64,000 nt of DNA from Gloeobacterales cyanobacterium (GCA_038245785.1 JBBRSB010000007.1:64001-128000); one strand, 5' to 3'. Counted from the stretch's first letter, positions 9,389 to 20,366 are shown. Made by a program: numbers and translations. The notes: generated from the sequence alone by a model not told the origin.

Positions 9389-10261
9389 CTAACTGTTAGT
9401 TGCAGAGGAGTTCTCAAAGCCTAGCACCGTGTTGTATCCACCGCTATCAATAACAATTTCCCCCGTCAAATCGTAATTTCCTCTGTTTGCAATCGCTCGA
9501 AATACATCACAACGTCCTGCAGATATTCTCCATACGTCACGAGTTTTTTCATCGTCAGGGTTCGTTAGCGTTTCTCGACGCTCGGTCAAGAAACTATTGA
9601 GCCAAACTTTCTCATCTACTCCTTCTTTTGGAGTACCGCCTACCGATTGACGAGTACGTTCTAAGATAGCGAGTAGACCATCGGGATCATTGCCTCCCCC
9701 ATGCTGAATTATTGTATCGTAGACCGCTGCCCGAGCCAAAGCGGTATGAAGACCTAGCTCATTAGAGTACTGGACCGAAGGTTGGTAATAATATTGATCG
9801 GAAATAGCATCTTGAGCTTTTCTAAAAATGGGGTCTTGCGCTGCTGTCTTCCAGTCTTCGAAAAATCCATCTAGTCCTTCTTGGTCATTACTTCTTTCTT
9901 GATATAGTTCCTGCAGTCTCGGAATAAACTTTGTTAGTAAATTGTCTGGGTTTTGGCGAGTATATTCCTTCACTACAGCTAAGAGGTCTCCTGTAGCAGT
10001 AGTAAAACCTGCTCGACCAGCGGTAATGCCACGTCCATCACCTAGAGCTTCTACATAGGAATATCCAAAATCGAAAGAGCCGTTTTCAAAGAGATTAGTG
10101 AGTTGTTCCGCTCGATGTTTTTGAAAATCATCTAGGGGAGTATAATTTGTACCCGCGAGCATAGCTGTTAGTCGCCCAGAATTAGAGATTCCGAAGAAGA
10201 CCAAGAGACTAACGGCCACAATCAATACTCTGACGAAGGTCTGGTTATTTTTGCTAGACAC
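9389..10261 (-). CDS. chitosanase, glycoside hydrolase family 46
   Basis: LTNLFENG (catalytic Glu), GDGRGITAGRAGFTT (catalytic Asp), YDTIIQHG; N-terminal signal/anchor; GTG start with GGAG RBS. Confidence 0.9.
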   Translation of the reverse strand: MSSKNNQTFVRVLIVAVSLLVFFGISNSGRLTAMLAGTNYTPLDDFQKHRAEQLTNLFENGSFDFGYSYVEALGDGRGITAGRAGFTTATGDLLAVVKEYTRQNPDNLLTKFIPRLQELYQERSNDQEGLDGFFEDWKTAAQDPIFRKAQDAISDQYYYQPSVQYSNELGLHTALARAAVYDTIIQHGGGNDPDGLLAILERTRQSVGGTPKEGVDEKVWLNSFLTERRETLTNPDDEKTRDVWRISAGRCDVFRAIANRGNYDLTGEIVIDSGGYNTVLGFENSSATNS

Positions 10262-10407
10262 TCCCTAGCTCCTCAATGATTGCACAGCGCACTATTCATC
10301 AATAACACACATAATTTCACTCTAGGTCAGAGCGATGTTACTGAAATCCAACTCAAGAGATAACTCTGCCCGCTAAGGTAGGAGAAGCTCCTAGGGATAA
10401 CGACGCC

Positions 10408-11571
10408 CTAACTCTTCTTCTGCAGGAAAGGATACTCAATATATCGATGGGCTAAACAAGAAACTCCAATCGCAAGTACCCCACAGAAGAAGGCGAACAG
10501 CCAGAAAAGAGCTATCGGCAATTCTTTGAAAGGAAGCACCCCATTCAGCATATGACAGGCGACATAGAGCAAAATGCCATGCAAAAGATAGACGTCATAG
10601 CTGATGGTGCCTAAGAGCCGAGCGGCAGGCGCGGTTAACAGACCCCAGAGATTATTTCCATAGAGGAAGATTGCAAAGGCAATGGAAAAGCAAAATATCC
10701 GTGCAGGATTAGGTAGTACATGGAAAATTTCTCCTAGAACAGCTATGGCTAGACATAGAAGAGCAACTCCAGAGAGGAGCGGTTGAGCGCACAGTTTCTC
10801 CCAACGGACTCTAGGGTAGAGATGAGCAATCGCCATGCCGCATAAAAAGGACAGTAACGCCCCAGCATGCAGGGTGGGCAACCCTCGACTAAAGGCTACA
10901 ACGGCGAGACTGAGGCCTACAAATCGAAGGGGAGTGGCGAGAAAGGCAAGCAGGGGCAGGATTAAATAGAAATTCACTTCATAGGCTAAAGTCCACGCCA
11001 CCTCAGCATTAATCTGCCAAGTTGAGGTTCCATTGACATTCGGAAACAGATGGTATCCATAGAAAAGCGGAAAATTAAAGCCTTGGACCGTTATCCAATT
11101 ACCCATTGCAGACAAAGACATCAGTAAAGGCGCTTTGACCGAGAAATGCGATTGCACAATCGTCACAAGCATGATCAAAGCTAGAGAAAACCAATAGAGC
11201 GGGAAAATACGAAAAAATCGCCCTTGATAGAACTTTTTTAAATTCAAGCGGGGAGAAACGATCGCCTTCGACCAGAATAAAAATCCTGTAATCATGAAAA
11301 AGAACCAGACGGCTCCTTGCCCTAGAGCGTAATAAAAGGGCGAGGCCGGAGACCAGTTTCCTTCTCTAAGAAGAATGTAATTACAGGAGGCATGCGTAAA
11401 GAAAACGCCTAAGGCAAGAAATCCCCGCAGTCCATCCAGGGTTGGATATCGGGTTTTCTCTGAGCGTTGAACAGCTTCTTGAAAAAACTCTGATCGTTGA
11501 ACGATAAGTTGAGCCGTCCAGAAAAACAGTGGACTCAGAATAAAGTATGGCAGAAAGCCACTAAGTCCCAT
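10408..11571 (-). CDS. acyltransferase family 3 (OafA-like) membrane protein
   Basis: LDGLRG...H, FFMITGF, RFFRIFP, WTLAYEVNFY, GTISYDVYLLH, YIEYP. Confidence 0.92.
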   Translation of the reverse strand: MGLSGFLPYFILSPLFFWTAQLIVQRSEFFQEAVQRSEKTRYPTLDGLRGFLALGVFFTHASCNYILLREGNWSPASPFYYALGQGAVWFFFMITGFLFWSKAIVSPRLNLKKFYQGRFFRIFPLYWFSLALIMLVTIVQSHFSVKAPLLMSLSAMGNWITVQGFNFPLFYGYHLFPNVNGTSTWQINAEVAWTLAYEVNFYLILPLLAFLATPLRFVGLSLAVVAFSRGLPTLHAGALLSFLCGMAIAHLYPRVRWEKLCAQPLLSGVALLCLAIAVLGEIFHVLPNPARIFCFSIAFAIFLYGNNLWGLLTAPAARLLGTISYDVYLLHGILLYVACHMLNGVLPFKELPIALFWLFAFFCGVLAIGVSCLAHRYIEYPFLQKKS

Positions 11572-11744
11572 AGGCTCTCTTGGGTAGTGTTTCAGGGTTT
11601 ATGGATTGACGCTCACAATCTAGGGGCCTACTCTAACTAGCCCTAAAGACTATCACAACAGAGGTGTAGCACTGACCCACTGGAAAATGCCCAAGCAAAA
11701 CTATGTAGGCTGTGCTGTCTAGCTACCATCCACGAATTCAACCC

Positions 11745-12617
11745 TCAGTTGGCCGACATCCAGGTAATACATTGCTCTAGCTGCTTATGCATAGTTTCTG
11801 CCGCTGCGTGATGACGACGGCCATGACCAGGGAGTACCCATTCAAAGGAATAGCTCGTAAGCTTTTTCATTGACTGGACTAGCATAGGCCAGGAATACCA
11901 GCAGGCATTTCGAAAAGCTACGAGCTGGTTATAGCGATCGGACCAAGCCAGATGGTCTCCGGTGAAAAGGAACTTATTTTTGTAGAGCAGAACCGTATGA
12001 CCTTTGGTGTGACCGGGTACTGAAATAATCAGCAAATCAGAAGCTAAGGCAACGGGTTCAGTGCCCAAAAGCTGATTTTCCACTTCACGGGTATTTGGCC
12101 CAATGTCGTCCTTGTGCAAAATGCGTTCACAGCCGAAATGCTGATGAAACTTCTGATGGTCTGCTACATCGTCTCGGTGGGTCAAATAGAGGTAGCGAAT
12201 GCCCCCCATTGCTTCTAGCTGTTTGACCAAGGGTGCAGCAAAACGAGGAGAATCCACCAGCACATTACCTTCTGGTCGCTGAATCAGATAGCTTGCGGCC
12301 CCGTAGGAACTTTCCGCATGATAGCCGCAATGATAAACGTTTTCGGCAACCAAAATTGGAAAACTCTGCTGGACTGCTTTGATATCCATCGGCTTCTCCA
12401 CCGTTCCAATCGAAGCCGTAGGACAGGCTAACAGAGCTTGCATTGCGCGCAATCGTTCTTTTTCATTTTCTGGTTGGTGATAGACCGCAGACTGATCCCC
12501 CGCTTCATGGAAAACCTCAGGGGCCATCCAACGGCAGGTATCACAATCAATGCAGGTACTGTCTACATAAAGGTCCCCACTGATATTTTCGGGGCGACGT
12601 TGTTCTAGACGAGCCAT
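11745..12617 (-). CDS. ferredoxin-fused MBL-fold metallo-hydrolase
   Basis: CIDCDTC...CP ferredoxin domain; THRDDVADH, PGHTKGH, FTGDH, LPGHG. Start at MARLEQRR. Confidence 0.9.
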   Translation of the reverse strand: MARLEQRRPENISGDLYVDSTCIDCDTCRWMAPEVFHEAGDQSAVYHQPENEKERLRAMQALLACPTASIGTVEKPMDIKAVQQSFPILVAENVYHCGYHAESSYGAASYLIQRPEGNVLVDSPRFAAPLVKQLEAMGGIRYLYLTHRDDVADHQKFHQHFGCERILHKDDIGPNTREVENQLLGTEPVALASDLLIISVPGHTKGHTVLLYKNKFLFTGDHLAWSDRYNQLVAFRNACWYSWPMLVQSMKKLTSYSFEWVLPGHGRRHHAAAETMHKQLEQCITWMSAN

Positions 12618-12803
12618 AGGTTTATGCCTCTCTGCTAAGGCTCTAGTCACTCCATTGTCGCTATTTCAGCCAAGAGCCGCCACTGCTTGTAGCCTGCATA
12701 GCCCTAAAAATCTTACCTTCTGGAACCCAACGCTAGAAACTCGCATCCAAGTGAATAAAGAAGCAGACTGGAAAGAATTTGAGTTCTTTAATTAACGCTG
12801 ACG

Positions 12804-14333
12804 ATGACAGTACTCCCGCCCCTCATTCAACACATGCTCAAACCGGAGTTTTATCCTCATCCGGTGACGGAGCCGATTGAATTGATTCAGACCCATATTT
12901 CCTATGTCTTGCTGACAGGAGAATATGCCTATAAAGTTAAGAAGCCTGTGAATTTTAGCTTTTTAGATTTTACAGTCTTAGAAAAACGCAAATACTTCTG
13001 TGAAGAAGAACTGAGGCTGAATCAGCGAGGAGCTCCTCATTTATATTTAGAAGTCTTACCGATTACCAAAGTGGACCATCAGGTATCACTTAATGGGGAA
13101 GGAGAGCCTATAGAGTACACCTTGAAAATGTGTCAATTTCCACAGGAAGCCCTCTTCATTCATTTATTCGAGAAAGGGGAATTGACGGAAAAATGGATGG
13201 AAGACTTAGGTCGGGTTGTAGCCAAATTCCATGCCCAAGCCCAAACCAATGAGGCTATTCGCAGCTTTGGCAGTATTTCTCAAATTCGAGAAGCGATTGA
13301 CCAGAACTATGCACAGACCAAAAAATATATCAGTGGTCCGCAAACCCAGGAGCAATTTGACCAAACCCGAAACTTTACAGATAAATTCTTTCAAGAGCAA
13401 CAAGCATTATTCAATAACCGAGTAGCCAATAACCGAATTCGTGAATGCCATGGAGACTTACATTTAGGCAATATTTGTCTTTGGAAAGACCAAATTCTAC
13501 TATTCGATTGCATCGAATTCAATCAGTCTTTCCGCTTTGTAGATGTCATGTATGATGTGGCTTTTGTGGTCATGGATTTAGAGGCCCAGCAACGACCAGA
13601 GTTAGCAAATGCATTCTTAAATACCTATGTAGAAGAAACAGGAGACTGGGAGGGACTACAGGTTTTGCCTTTGTATCTCATTCGTCAAGCCTATGTGCGC
13701 GCAAAAGTAACTTCCTTTCTCCTAGATGAACCAGAGATAGCAGAAGAGGCAAAAGCAGAGGCGAAGAAAAAAGCGGCTTATTACTACCAGCTAGCCTGGC
13801 AATATACCCAAAATCATCAAGGACAGCTAATCCTGATGTCAGGACTCTCTGGTTCTGGCAAAAGCACCGTCGCTCGCTATTTTTCTCGACGACTGCGGGC
13901 TGTTCATATCCGTTCGGATGCTGTACGCAAACATTTGGGTGGCATCGCTCTTTATGAAAAAGGAGGAGAAAAACTGTACACACCAGCGATGACCGAGCAA
14001 ACCTATAAGCATCTATTAAACTTAGGGATAAGATTAGCGGGTCAAGGTTATGCTGTGATTCTAGATGCAAAATACGATCAGCAAATTTTTAGAATAACCG
14101 CTCTAGAGCAAGCCCAAGTGAATCATCTGCCCTTTCGTATTTTCTATTGCACTGCACCCCTTGAAGTTCTACGTGATCGCCTACAGAGACGCAAAGGGGA
14201 TATTACGGATGCTGGAGCTGATCTATTAGCGCAACAATTACAAACAACACAACCTTTTAAAGAACTAGAACAGCCTTATATCAAAGTATTAGATACTACT
14301 CAGGGTTTAGAGGCATTATGGGATTGCATATAA
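12804..14333 (+). CDS. bifunctional aminoglycoside-phosphotransferase-like / AAA (gluconate-kinase-like) protein
   Basis: THISYVLL, KVKK, ECHGDLHLGN, FDCIEF; C-terminal P-loop GLSGSGKS. Confidence 0.9.
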   Translation: MTVLPPLIQHMLKPEFYPHPVTEPIELIQTHISYVLLTGEYAYKVKKPVNFSFLDFTVLEKRKYFCEEELRLNQRGAPHLYLEVLPITKVDHQVSLNGEGEPIEYTLKMCQFPQEALFIHLFEKGELTEKWMEDLGRVVAKFHAQAQTNEAIRSFGSISQIREAIDQNYAQTKKYISGPQTQEQFDQTRNFTDKFFQEQQALFNNRVANNRIRECHGDLHLGNICLWKDQILLFDCIEFNQSFRFVDVMYDVAFVVMDLEAQQRPELANAFLNTYVEETGDWEGLQVLPLYLIRQAYVRAKVTSFLLDEPEIAEEAKAEAKKKAAYYYQLAWQYTQNHQGQLILMSGLSGSGKSTVARYFSRRLRAVHIRSDAVRKHLGGIALYEKGGEKLYTPAMTEQTYKHLLNLGIRLAGQGYAVILDAKYDQQIFRITALEQAQVNHLPFRIFYCTAPLEVLRDRLQRRKGDITDAGADLLAQQLQTTQPFKELEQPYIKVLDTTQGLEALWDCI

Positions 14334-15211
14334 ATATTCTTGCCCTAGGCATAGTGCTTACTTTTTCACTATCAGCCCATGCTCAAAAAATATCGAGTCC
14401 AATCAAAACCGGCGACTTATCTCCTCAAGAAGTAATTCAGGATTTAGCTCAAGCAAATGTAGTCTATTTGGGAGAAACCCACGATAGTCCAGCAGACCAC
14501 AAAGCGCAACTCGATATCATTCAACAACTCTATCAAAAAGACCCTAAGCTGGCGATTGGGATGGAAATGTTTCAGCGACCTTATCAACCTTTCATCGAAG
14601 GTTATCTCCAAGGGAAGCTAACCGAAGAGCAGCTGCAGAAAGAGAGTGAATATGAAAAGCGTTGGGGGTTTTCTTGGGAAAACTATGCCCCGATACTACG
14701 ATTCGCTAAGGATAAGCAAATTCCCGTCTTAGCCTTGAATACACCCACAGAAGTTACCAAAAAGGTATCTCGCAAAGGATTAAAGAGCCTTAAGATTGCT
14801 GATAAAAAGTTTATTCCACCTTTGTCCGACATCCGTACCGATAATGCAAAGTACCGAGCATTACTGAAAGAATCCTATGAATCATTTCACGGCCATCAAC
14901 AGGGAAGTAAGACAAGTAAATCTAAAGACCCCCAGGCATTTGAGCACTTCTTCCAAGCTCAAGTTCTCTGGGATGAAACAATGGCAGCAGTCGTCGCTCA
15001 ATTTCTAAGAAATACTCCCAGCTCCTATGTTGTTGTTCTCGCAGGCCAGGGTCACATTGCTTATGGCTACGGTATTCCCAGCCGAGTGGCACGGCGAATT
15101 AACACACTCTCCATAAAACCGATCGCGCAGCGGTCTGTTCTCCTCAATCTGTCCGAAGAGCTTTCTCAAGCAAAGCCACGGATGGCAGATTATTTTTGGA
15201 GAACTCCCTAA
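14318..15211 (+). CDS. ChaN family (Tiki/haem-uptake-like) exported protein
   Basis: VYLGETHD, GMEMF, ALN, QVLWDETMA, LAGQGH; signal peptide. Confidence 0.88.
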   Translation: MGLHINILALGIVLTFSLSAHAQKISSPIKTGDLSPQEVIQDLAQANVVYLGETHDSPADHKAQLDIIQQLYQKDPKLAIGMEMFQRPYQPFIEGYLQGKLTEEQLQKESEYEKRWGFSWENYAPILRFAKDKQIPVLALNTPTEVTKKVSRKGLKSLKIADKKFIPPLSDIRTDNAKYRALLKESYESFHGHQQGSKTSKSKDPQAFEHFFQAQVLWDETMAAVVAQFLRNTPSSYVVVLAGQGHIAYGYGIPSRVARRINTLSIKPIAQRSVLLNLSEELSQAKPRMADYFWRTP

Positions 15212-15248
15212 CTGCTATTTTCCATTGATTGTTGACTTGGGAGCAAAT

Positions 15249-16529
15249 CTAACCTGCCTTTGCTTCCTCGGTTTGTTGAGGAGACTGATTCTTCAGCATC
15301 GTATTGCCCTCAATGTAGCGTTCGTACCAGTTCATCAACGGCGTGGATGAGATGCCGTGCAGAATAACAGAAAGCACGATCGTCACAAATGTAATCCAGG
15401 CAATTTGTTCTCCAACATCCCCTTTCAAACCCTTGCCCAGAGCGTAAGCCAAATAGTAGATAGAGCCAACGCCGCGAATTCCGAACCAGCCATAAAGCCA
15501 GCGCGTGGCAGGATGAACAGGGAGTCCAATCGTGCTCATCCAGGCACCAAGCGGACGAATGAGAAACAGTAAGGGAATGGCTACAAGCAAGGCATTTCCA
15601 CCAAAGCGTAAAATGGGCTCGTGTCGCAGTAGCGATCCTAATAGCAGAATGGCACCAATCTCAGATAGCTTTTCAAGCCGCTCAATGAAGCGAAGTTGTG
15701 AGAGGGCTTTTTCTTGATCGCGGCGGCGTTGCATGGTCATTCCTGCAACAAATACTGCCAAAAAACCATATCCATGAACCAGTTCCGTCAGGGAGTAAGT
15801 GATGAGAATCGTACTCAAGGCGACGAAATCTTCGATCAAATCATCGGCGGGGCGATGAAGTTGAAGCCTGTAGTCAATCCATCTCACGGCTCTAGCGACG
15901 GCATAACCCATAACCGTGCCCGCAAAAATTGCCCATAGCAGGTCAACCACAACCCATTCTTTAACCCACTCTTGCCAGTTTGGATTTTCGAGTGCTCTCA
16001 GCCCAAAATAGACAAACGGAAAAGCGAGTGCATCGTTTAGTCCCCCTTCTGAGGTGAGTCCAAAGCGCAGTTCGTCTCGGTCGCTGGGGTCATATAACTG
16101 GACTTCCGAGGCAAGCACCGGGTCAGTCGGTGCTAAGATGGCGCCTAGCAAAATTGACGCTCCCCACTCTAGTTTTAGAATCCAATGTCCGATAGCGGCG
16201 ACCGCAAAAATCGAGATTGGCATCAACAGCCCAATCAGCCGTATCGTAGAGTCCCAGGCCCGAAGCTGTAGTGGGCGAGTCATCTTTAATCCACAACCGA
16301 AGAGAGATACCAGCACCACAAACTCTGCAGCGCGTTCTAAAAACTCGGCATCAGGGCGGATTTGAACCAGATTAAACCCGTACGGACTGAGGAGAATTCC
16401 GACGACAAGGTAAATCAGAGCATAGGAGAACGGTAGGCGAGAAATCCAACCTGACCCCAGGGTTATTGCGAGTAACAACAGACCGATAACCAGCAGATCA
16501 AGGATGTAAATATCCACAGGCAAATTCAA
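15249..16529 (-). CDS. CPA1 family Na+/H+ antiporter
   Basis: LAPTDPVLA, SEGGLNDALAFP, WFGIRGVGS; multiple TM helices. Confidence 0.92.
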   Translation of the reverse strand: MNLPVDIYILDLLVIGLLLLAITLGSGWISRLPFSYALIYLVVGILLSPYGFNLVQIRPDAEFLERAAEFVVLVSLFGCGLKMTRPLQLRAWDSTIRLIGLLMPISIFAVAAIGHWILKLEWGASILLGAILAPTDPVLASEVQLYDPSDRDELRFGLTSEGGLNDALAFPFVYFGLRALENPNWQEWVKEWVVVDLLWAIFAGTVMGYAVARAVRWIDYRLQLHRPADDLIEDFVALSTILITYSLTELVHGYGFLAVFVAGMTMQRRRDQEKALSQLRFIERLEKLSEIGAILLLGSLLRHEPILRFGGNALLVAIPLLFLIRPLGAWMSTIGLPVHPATRWLYGWFGIRGVGSIYYLAYALGKGLKGDVGEQIAWITFVTIVLSVILHGISSTPLMNWYERYIEGNTMLKNQSPQQTEEAKAG

Positions 16530-16867
16530 TATATGAATAGGGATTCTACTTTAAAGCTTCGCCTTACAGAAATTCATCCATCCTTTGACGGATTTGTGAT
16601 GACACTCCCCATGGTTTGCAAAAGTAGCCACGTTTACTGTCAATCATCATTTGCTCCAATCCTTCAGCAAATCTACACATTTCGGACGTGTCGGAAGAGA
16701 TTATTTAGAGCAAGAAAGTCCTATATTGTATCTCTGAAATCAGCCTAGAAATGCTTCCATTTAAATAGATTAGGCTGTGTGGTCAGATACAGGAAGAGAC
16801 CCGTTCAGATAAGCACATCACTATTTGTTTACAGAACTACGTAAATAACTACTATCTTAAATCAAGC

Positions 16868-16897
16868 CATAACCCAAAATTATCCTTTTCTTAAAGA
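16868..16897 (+). promoter_or_regulatory. putative cyanobacterial Pho box
   Basis: CATAACCC, ATTATCCT and CTTAAAGA at an exact 11-bp period (cf. CTTAACCT-N3 repeats), upstream of a phosphoesterase gene. Confidence 0.45.
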
Positions 16898-16952
16898 AGG
16901 CCTCATATTGTGGCAATGTGCATCATCAAACTTCTCTATAACTAGGAAATTT

Positions 16953-19900
16953 ATGTCAGTTTCTAGGAAGAATCGGGGTTTACTGTACAGTCTACTATTG
17001 GCAATGACTTTCGGTGTCGGAATTGTTCAAGAAACAAGTGCGCGGACAGTGCGACCCGTGGGCGATTTCCCCGGTGGTGCACTGCTTCCTACTGGGCAAG
17101 TGATTACGCCTAGCGCCGCACCGGGTTCCACTTTTGCCCCCCTCTCGACAGGTCTCCGTCCTGATGGCAGTGCCGATGCGTCTGGAGCCGTATCAACCCA
17201 ACTCAGCCCTGATGGCAAGACGCTTCTAGTGCTAACCAGTGGGTATAATCTGAATTTCAATAAGCAGGATAATACCAAAACAGCTATTACCTATCCGGTT
17301 TTGGATCCAGTTACTGGTCAGCCCAGCGCGATAACCACTGGCAAGGCAGAATGGGTTTTTGTCTTTGACGTAAGCCAGGGCAAGCTGGTCAAAAAGCAGC
17401 AAATCAATATTCCCAATACTTATAACGGACTAAGTTGGGCAGCAGACGGGCAGCACTTTTATGTGTCAGGCGGAATCGACGATCGCGTCTTCGTCTACAA
17501 ACTAGAAGGGGACAAATTCGTGCCCGATGCTCCATTTATCTTACTCGGTCACAACTCAAACCAAACTGCTCCGTTTCCTAAATACGATGGTGGCTTGCTC
17601 AAGGGCACACCTGCTGACGTGGCAAACGATTTGTTAAAAACCGGCGCTGTGGTGGCTGGGGTTGCCATTAGTCAAGACGGTAAAACTCTAGTTGCTGCTA
17701 ACTTCGAAAATGATTCCATTTCCATTGTCAATACTGAAACCCGACAAGTTGTGCAAGATATTAAGTTTTTTGTCCCTGGTGGTGAGGTTGCGACTGGAGA
17801 ATTTCCCTTTGATGTCACTATTAAGAACGATGCCAACGGTGCAGCGGAAAAAGTATTCGTGACCAGTCAGCGCGACGACGAAGTGCTGGCGGTGGAGATT
17901 GCGAGTCAAGCTGTCACTCGCATTCCAGTTGGTGCTCAGCCCAACAAAGCCATCCTTTCTCCGGATCAATCTCGTTTGTACATCGCCAATGGTAACAGCG
18001 ACAACGTTTCGGTAATTGATACCAAGACGAATCAAGTGGTGGATACGATTCCTCTGTATCGCAAGAATGACGAAGAAGAAAAGTACAAAGGTGCCAACCC
18101 CAACTCCCTAGCACTCAGCCCCGATGGCAAGACGCTGTATGTAACCCTCGGTGGTGAGAATGCTGTGGCAGTCGTCAACCTCAGCAACCGTCGGGTTATA
18201 GGTCGCATTCCCACCGGATGGTATCCCAATTCCGTCAGCGTCAGCGCTGATGGTAGAAAGCTATTTGTTGTCAATGCCAAAAGCAACATCGGCCCGGCTC
18301 CAGCGGCAGGGCGCACCACAGCTGCTGGGAAAGCGCGCAATACGACATCAAGAGCAGAATACACGTGGGCACTGGAAAAAGCGGGAATTGCCGTGATTCC
18401 GGTGCCTGATCGCGGTACGCTTGCCTATCTCTCTAACCAGGTTAATCAGAATAACGGTTTCCAAAATCGGGGCAAAGACAAGATGATGAAGTTCTTAAAC
18501 AAGAAAATTAAGCACGTCATCTATGTCGTTAAAGAAAATCGCACCTACGACCAGGTCTTAGGTGATTTACCCATAGGAAATGGCGATCCGGCCTTAGCCC
18601 TCTTTCCAGAGAGAATTTCTCCTAATCACCACAAACTGGCGACAGATTTTGTCACCTTTGACAACTTCTATGACAGTGGAGAATCAAGCGGTGTGGGTTG
18701 GAATTGGTCAACCTATGGGCGAACCACCGATTACACCGAAAAATCTCAGTCCGTGCTTTACGGCAATGCTGGGTTCAATGGCTTAACCTATGACTACGAG
18801 GGCACGAACCGCAATGTCAACCAAGCACTGCCCCAGACAGGAACCGACCTATTAAATAGTCGAGTAACAGGTCTCCTGGATCCATCTGGCAACTCCTCCA
18901 TCCTGCCGGGGCCTAAAGATGTGGATGCACCCCAAGGAGATGGGGATCTGGATGCTGGCGCAATTGGCGGCTACCTATGGGATGCAACACTGAGAGCGGG
19001 GCAAACGGTTCGCAACTACGGCTTTTTTATTGATCTGGTCTATTACGATACGAGTACGCCTCAAGTTGATCCCACCAAGCCTGATCCGAAAAATCCTTTA
19101 TATATTCCGATTTCTACAACGCCGTTTGCAGCAGGAATTCCGCAGTCTGTTGTTGGCAAAGTGGCTTTACGAGATATTACCGATGTCTTTTTCCGAGGCT
19201 ATGACAACAAAGGGGCAGACATCGATCGCATCAATGAATGGAAACGGGATGTGGCTGAAAAGGGTCTGCCCAACCTCTCCTTGGTGCGGATTATGCACGA
19301 TCACTTTGGCACTTTTGCGCAAGCGACATCAGGACTGAACACGGCTGAGTTGCAGATGGCAGATAACGACTATGCCCTTGGGCAATTGCTGGAAACCGTT
19401 TCGCGGTTACCAGAATGGAAGGAAACGGCGGTCGTGGTAGTAGAAGATGATTCCCAAGACGGTCCGGATCACGTTGACCCGCACCGGTCGATGGCATACA
19501 TTATCTCGCCTTACACCCGTCGCGGTGCCCTTGTCAGTACGAACTACAACACTGTGAGCCTGATTCGGACGATGGAAGATATCTTAGGCATTGGCTACCT
19601 GGGCATCACCGACGCCAACGCCGAAGCAATGTCCGATGCGTTTACCCAAAATCCCGACTTCACCCCGTACACAGCAGTTGTTCCGGGCAACCTATGTGCC
19701 GCCCCCGTGGATCCCAACTTAGTACCAGATTGTGGTAATCCTCAAGTCATCAAAACGGCAGCCGTGCCCATTCTAAAAAATGTTGCCTGGTGGAAAGACA
19801 AAACCAAAGATTTCTTCTTTGGCAAAGAAGACTCACTCGATGCCCAAAAGTTCAATCGAATTGTTTGGGCAGGGATTCGGGGTGAGAAAACTCCCTATCC

Positions 19901-20000
19901 AGAAAAGCGCAGTCGGTTAGACTTGCGCCAAAACCGCACTCAACTCCTACGAAAGTGGAGTTTGAGCAATGCTCAGGCATCCGTGAACTTGAAAAAATAG
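16953..20000 (+). CDS. exported YncE/YVTN beta-propeller + alkaline-phosphatase-superfamily phosphoesterase
   Basis: Repeated LSPDGKTL and IPVG/IPTG blades; KENRTYDQVLGD, DNFY, MHDH, DNDYALG, EDDSQDGPDHVD. ATG at 16953. Confidence 0.9.
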   Translation: MSVSRKNRGLLYSLLLAMTFGVGIVQETSARTVRPVGDFPGGALLPTGQVITPSAAPGSTFAPLSTGLRPDGSADASGAVSTQLSPDGKTLLVLTSGYNLNFNKQDNTKTAITYPVLDPVTGQPSAITTGKAEWVFVFDVSQGKLVKKQQINIPNTYNGLSWAADGQHFYVSGGIDDRVFVYKLEGDKFVPDAPFILLGHNSNQTAPFPKYDGGLLKGTPADVANDLLKTGAVVAGVAISQDGKTLVAANFENDSISIVNTETRQVVQDIKFFVPGGEVATGEFPFDVTIKNDANGAAEKVFVTSQRDDEVLAVEIASQAVTRIPVGAQPNKAILSPDQSRLYIANGNSDNVSVIDTKTNQVVDTIPLYRKNDEEEKYKGANPNSLALSPDGKTLYVTLGGENAVAVVNLSNRRVIGRIPTGWYPNSVSVSADGRKLFVVNAKSNIGPAPAAGRTTAAGKARNTTSRAEYTWALEKAGIAVIPVPDRGTLAYLSNQVNQNNGFQNRGKDKMMKFLNKKIKHVIYVVKENRTYDQVLGDLPIGNGDPALALFPERISPNHHKLATDFVTFDNFYDSGESSGVGWNWSTYGRTTDYTEKSQSVLYGNAGFNGLTYDYEGTNRNVNQALPQTGTDLLNSRVTGLLDPSGNSSILPGPKDVDAPQGDGDLDAGAIGGYLWDATLRAGQTVRNYGFFIDLVYYDTSTPQVDPTKPDPKNPLYIPISTTPFAAGIPQSVVGKVALRDITDVFFRGYDNKGADIDRINEWKRDVAEKGLPNLSLVRIMHDHFGTFAQATSGLNTAELQMADNDYALGQLLETVSRLPEWKETAVVVVEDDSQDGPDHVDPHRSMAYIISPYTRRGALVSTNYNTVSLIRTMEDILGIGYLGITDANAEAMSDAFTQNPDFTPYTAVVPGNLCAAPVDPNLVPDCGNPQVIKTAAVPILKNVAWWKDKTKDFFFGKEDSLDAQKFNRIVWAGIRGEKTPYPEKRSRLDLRQNRTQLLRKWSLSNAQASVNLKK

Positions 20001-20093
20001 TTAATCTACGGGCAATTTTCTCAAAAATATCGGTTCCAGAAATGTCTTCTGTAGGCAATCTCTGAGTCTTGTAGCTAACTAAAGGAGTTTCTT

Positions 20094-20366
20094 ATGAAAT
20101 ACTGGCCTGCTCTACTGCTTGTCTTCATCTTGTCAGCACCTGTGCTTGCTAGAGAAAAAGTGAATATCAATAAAGCACCGATTACAGTCCTTGATACTTT
20201 AGAGGTGGGCGGGACTGGGGCTTTATTCTCTGAACGGATTCAGGGGGCACGCCCTTACCAGAAACCAGAAGACTTAGTGACCAAGAAAGCTATCAGTCCT
20301 GCAGAGTTTGAGGCTATTAAAAATTTGATCACCGTGGGCGAAACCAATAGCGAGCCCAATAAGTAG
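20094..20366 (+). CDS. small secreted helix-hairpin-helix (ComEA-like) protein
   Basis: Signal peptide; KVNINKA...RPYQKPEDLV; RBS AAGGAG. Confidence 0.75.
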   Translation: MKYWPALLLVFILSAPVLAREKVNINKAPITVLDTLEVGGTGALFSERIQGARPYQKPEDLVTKKAISPAEFEAIKNLITVGETNSEPNK

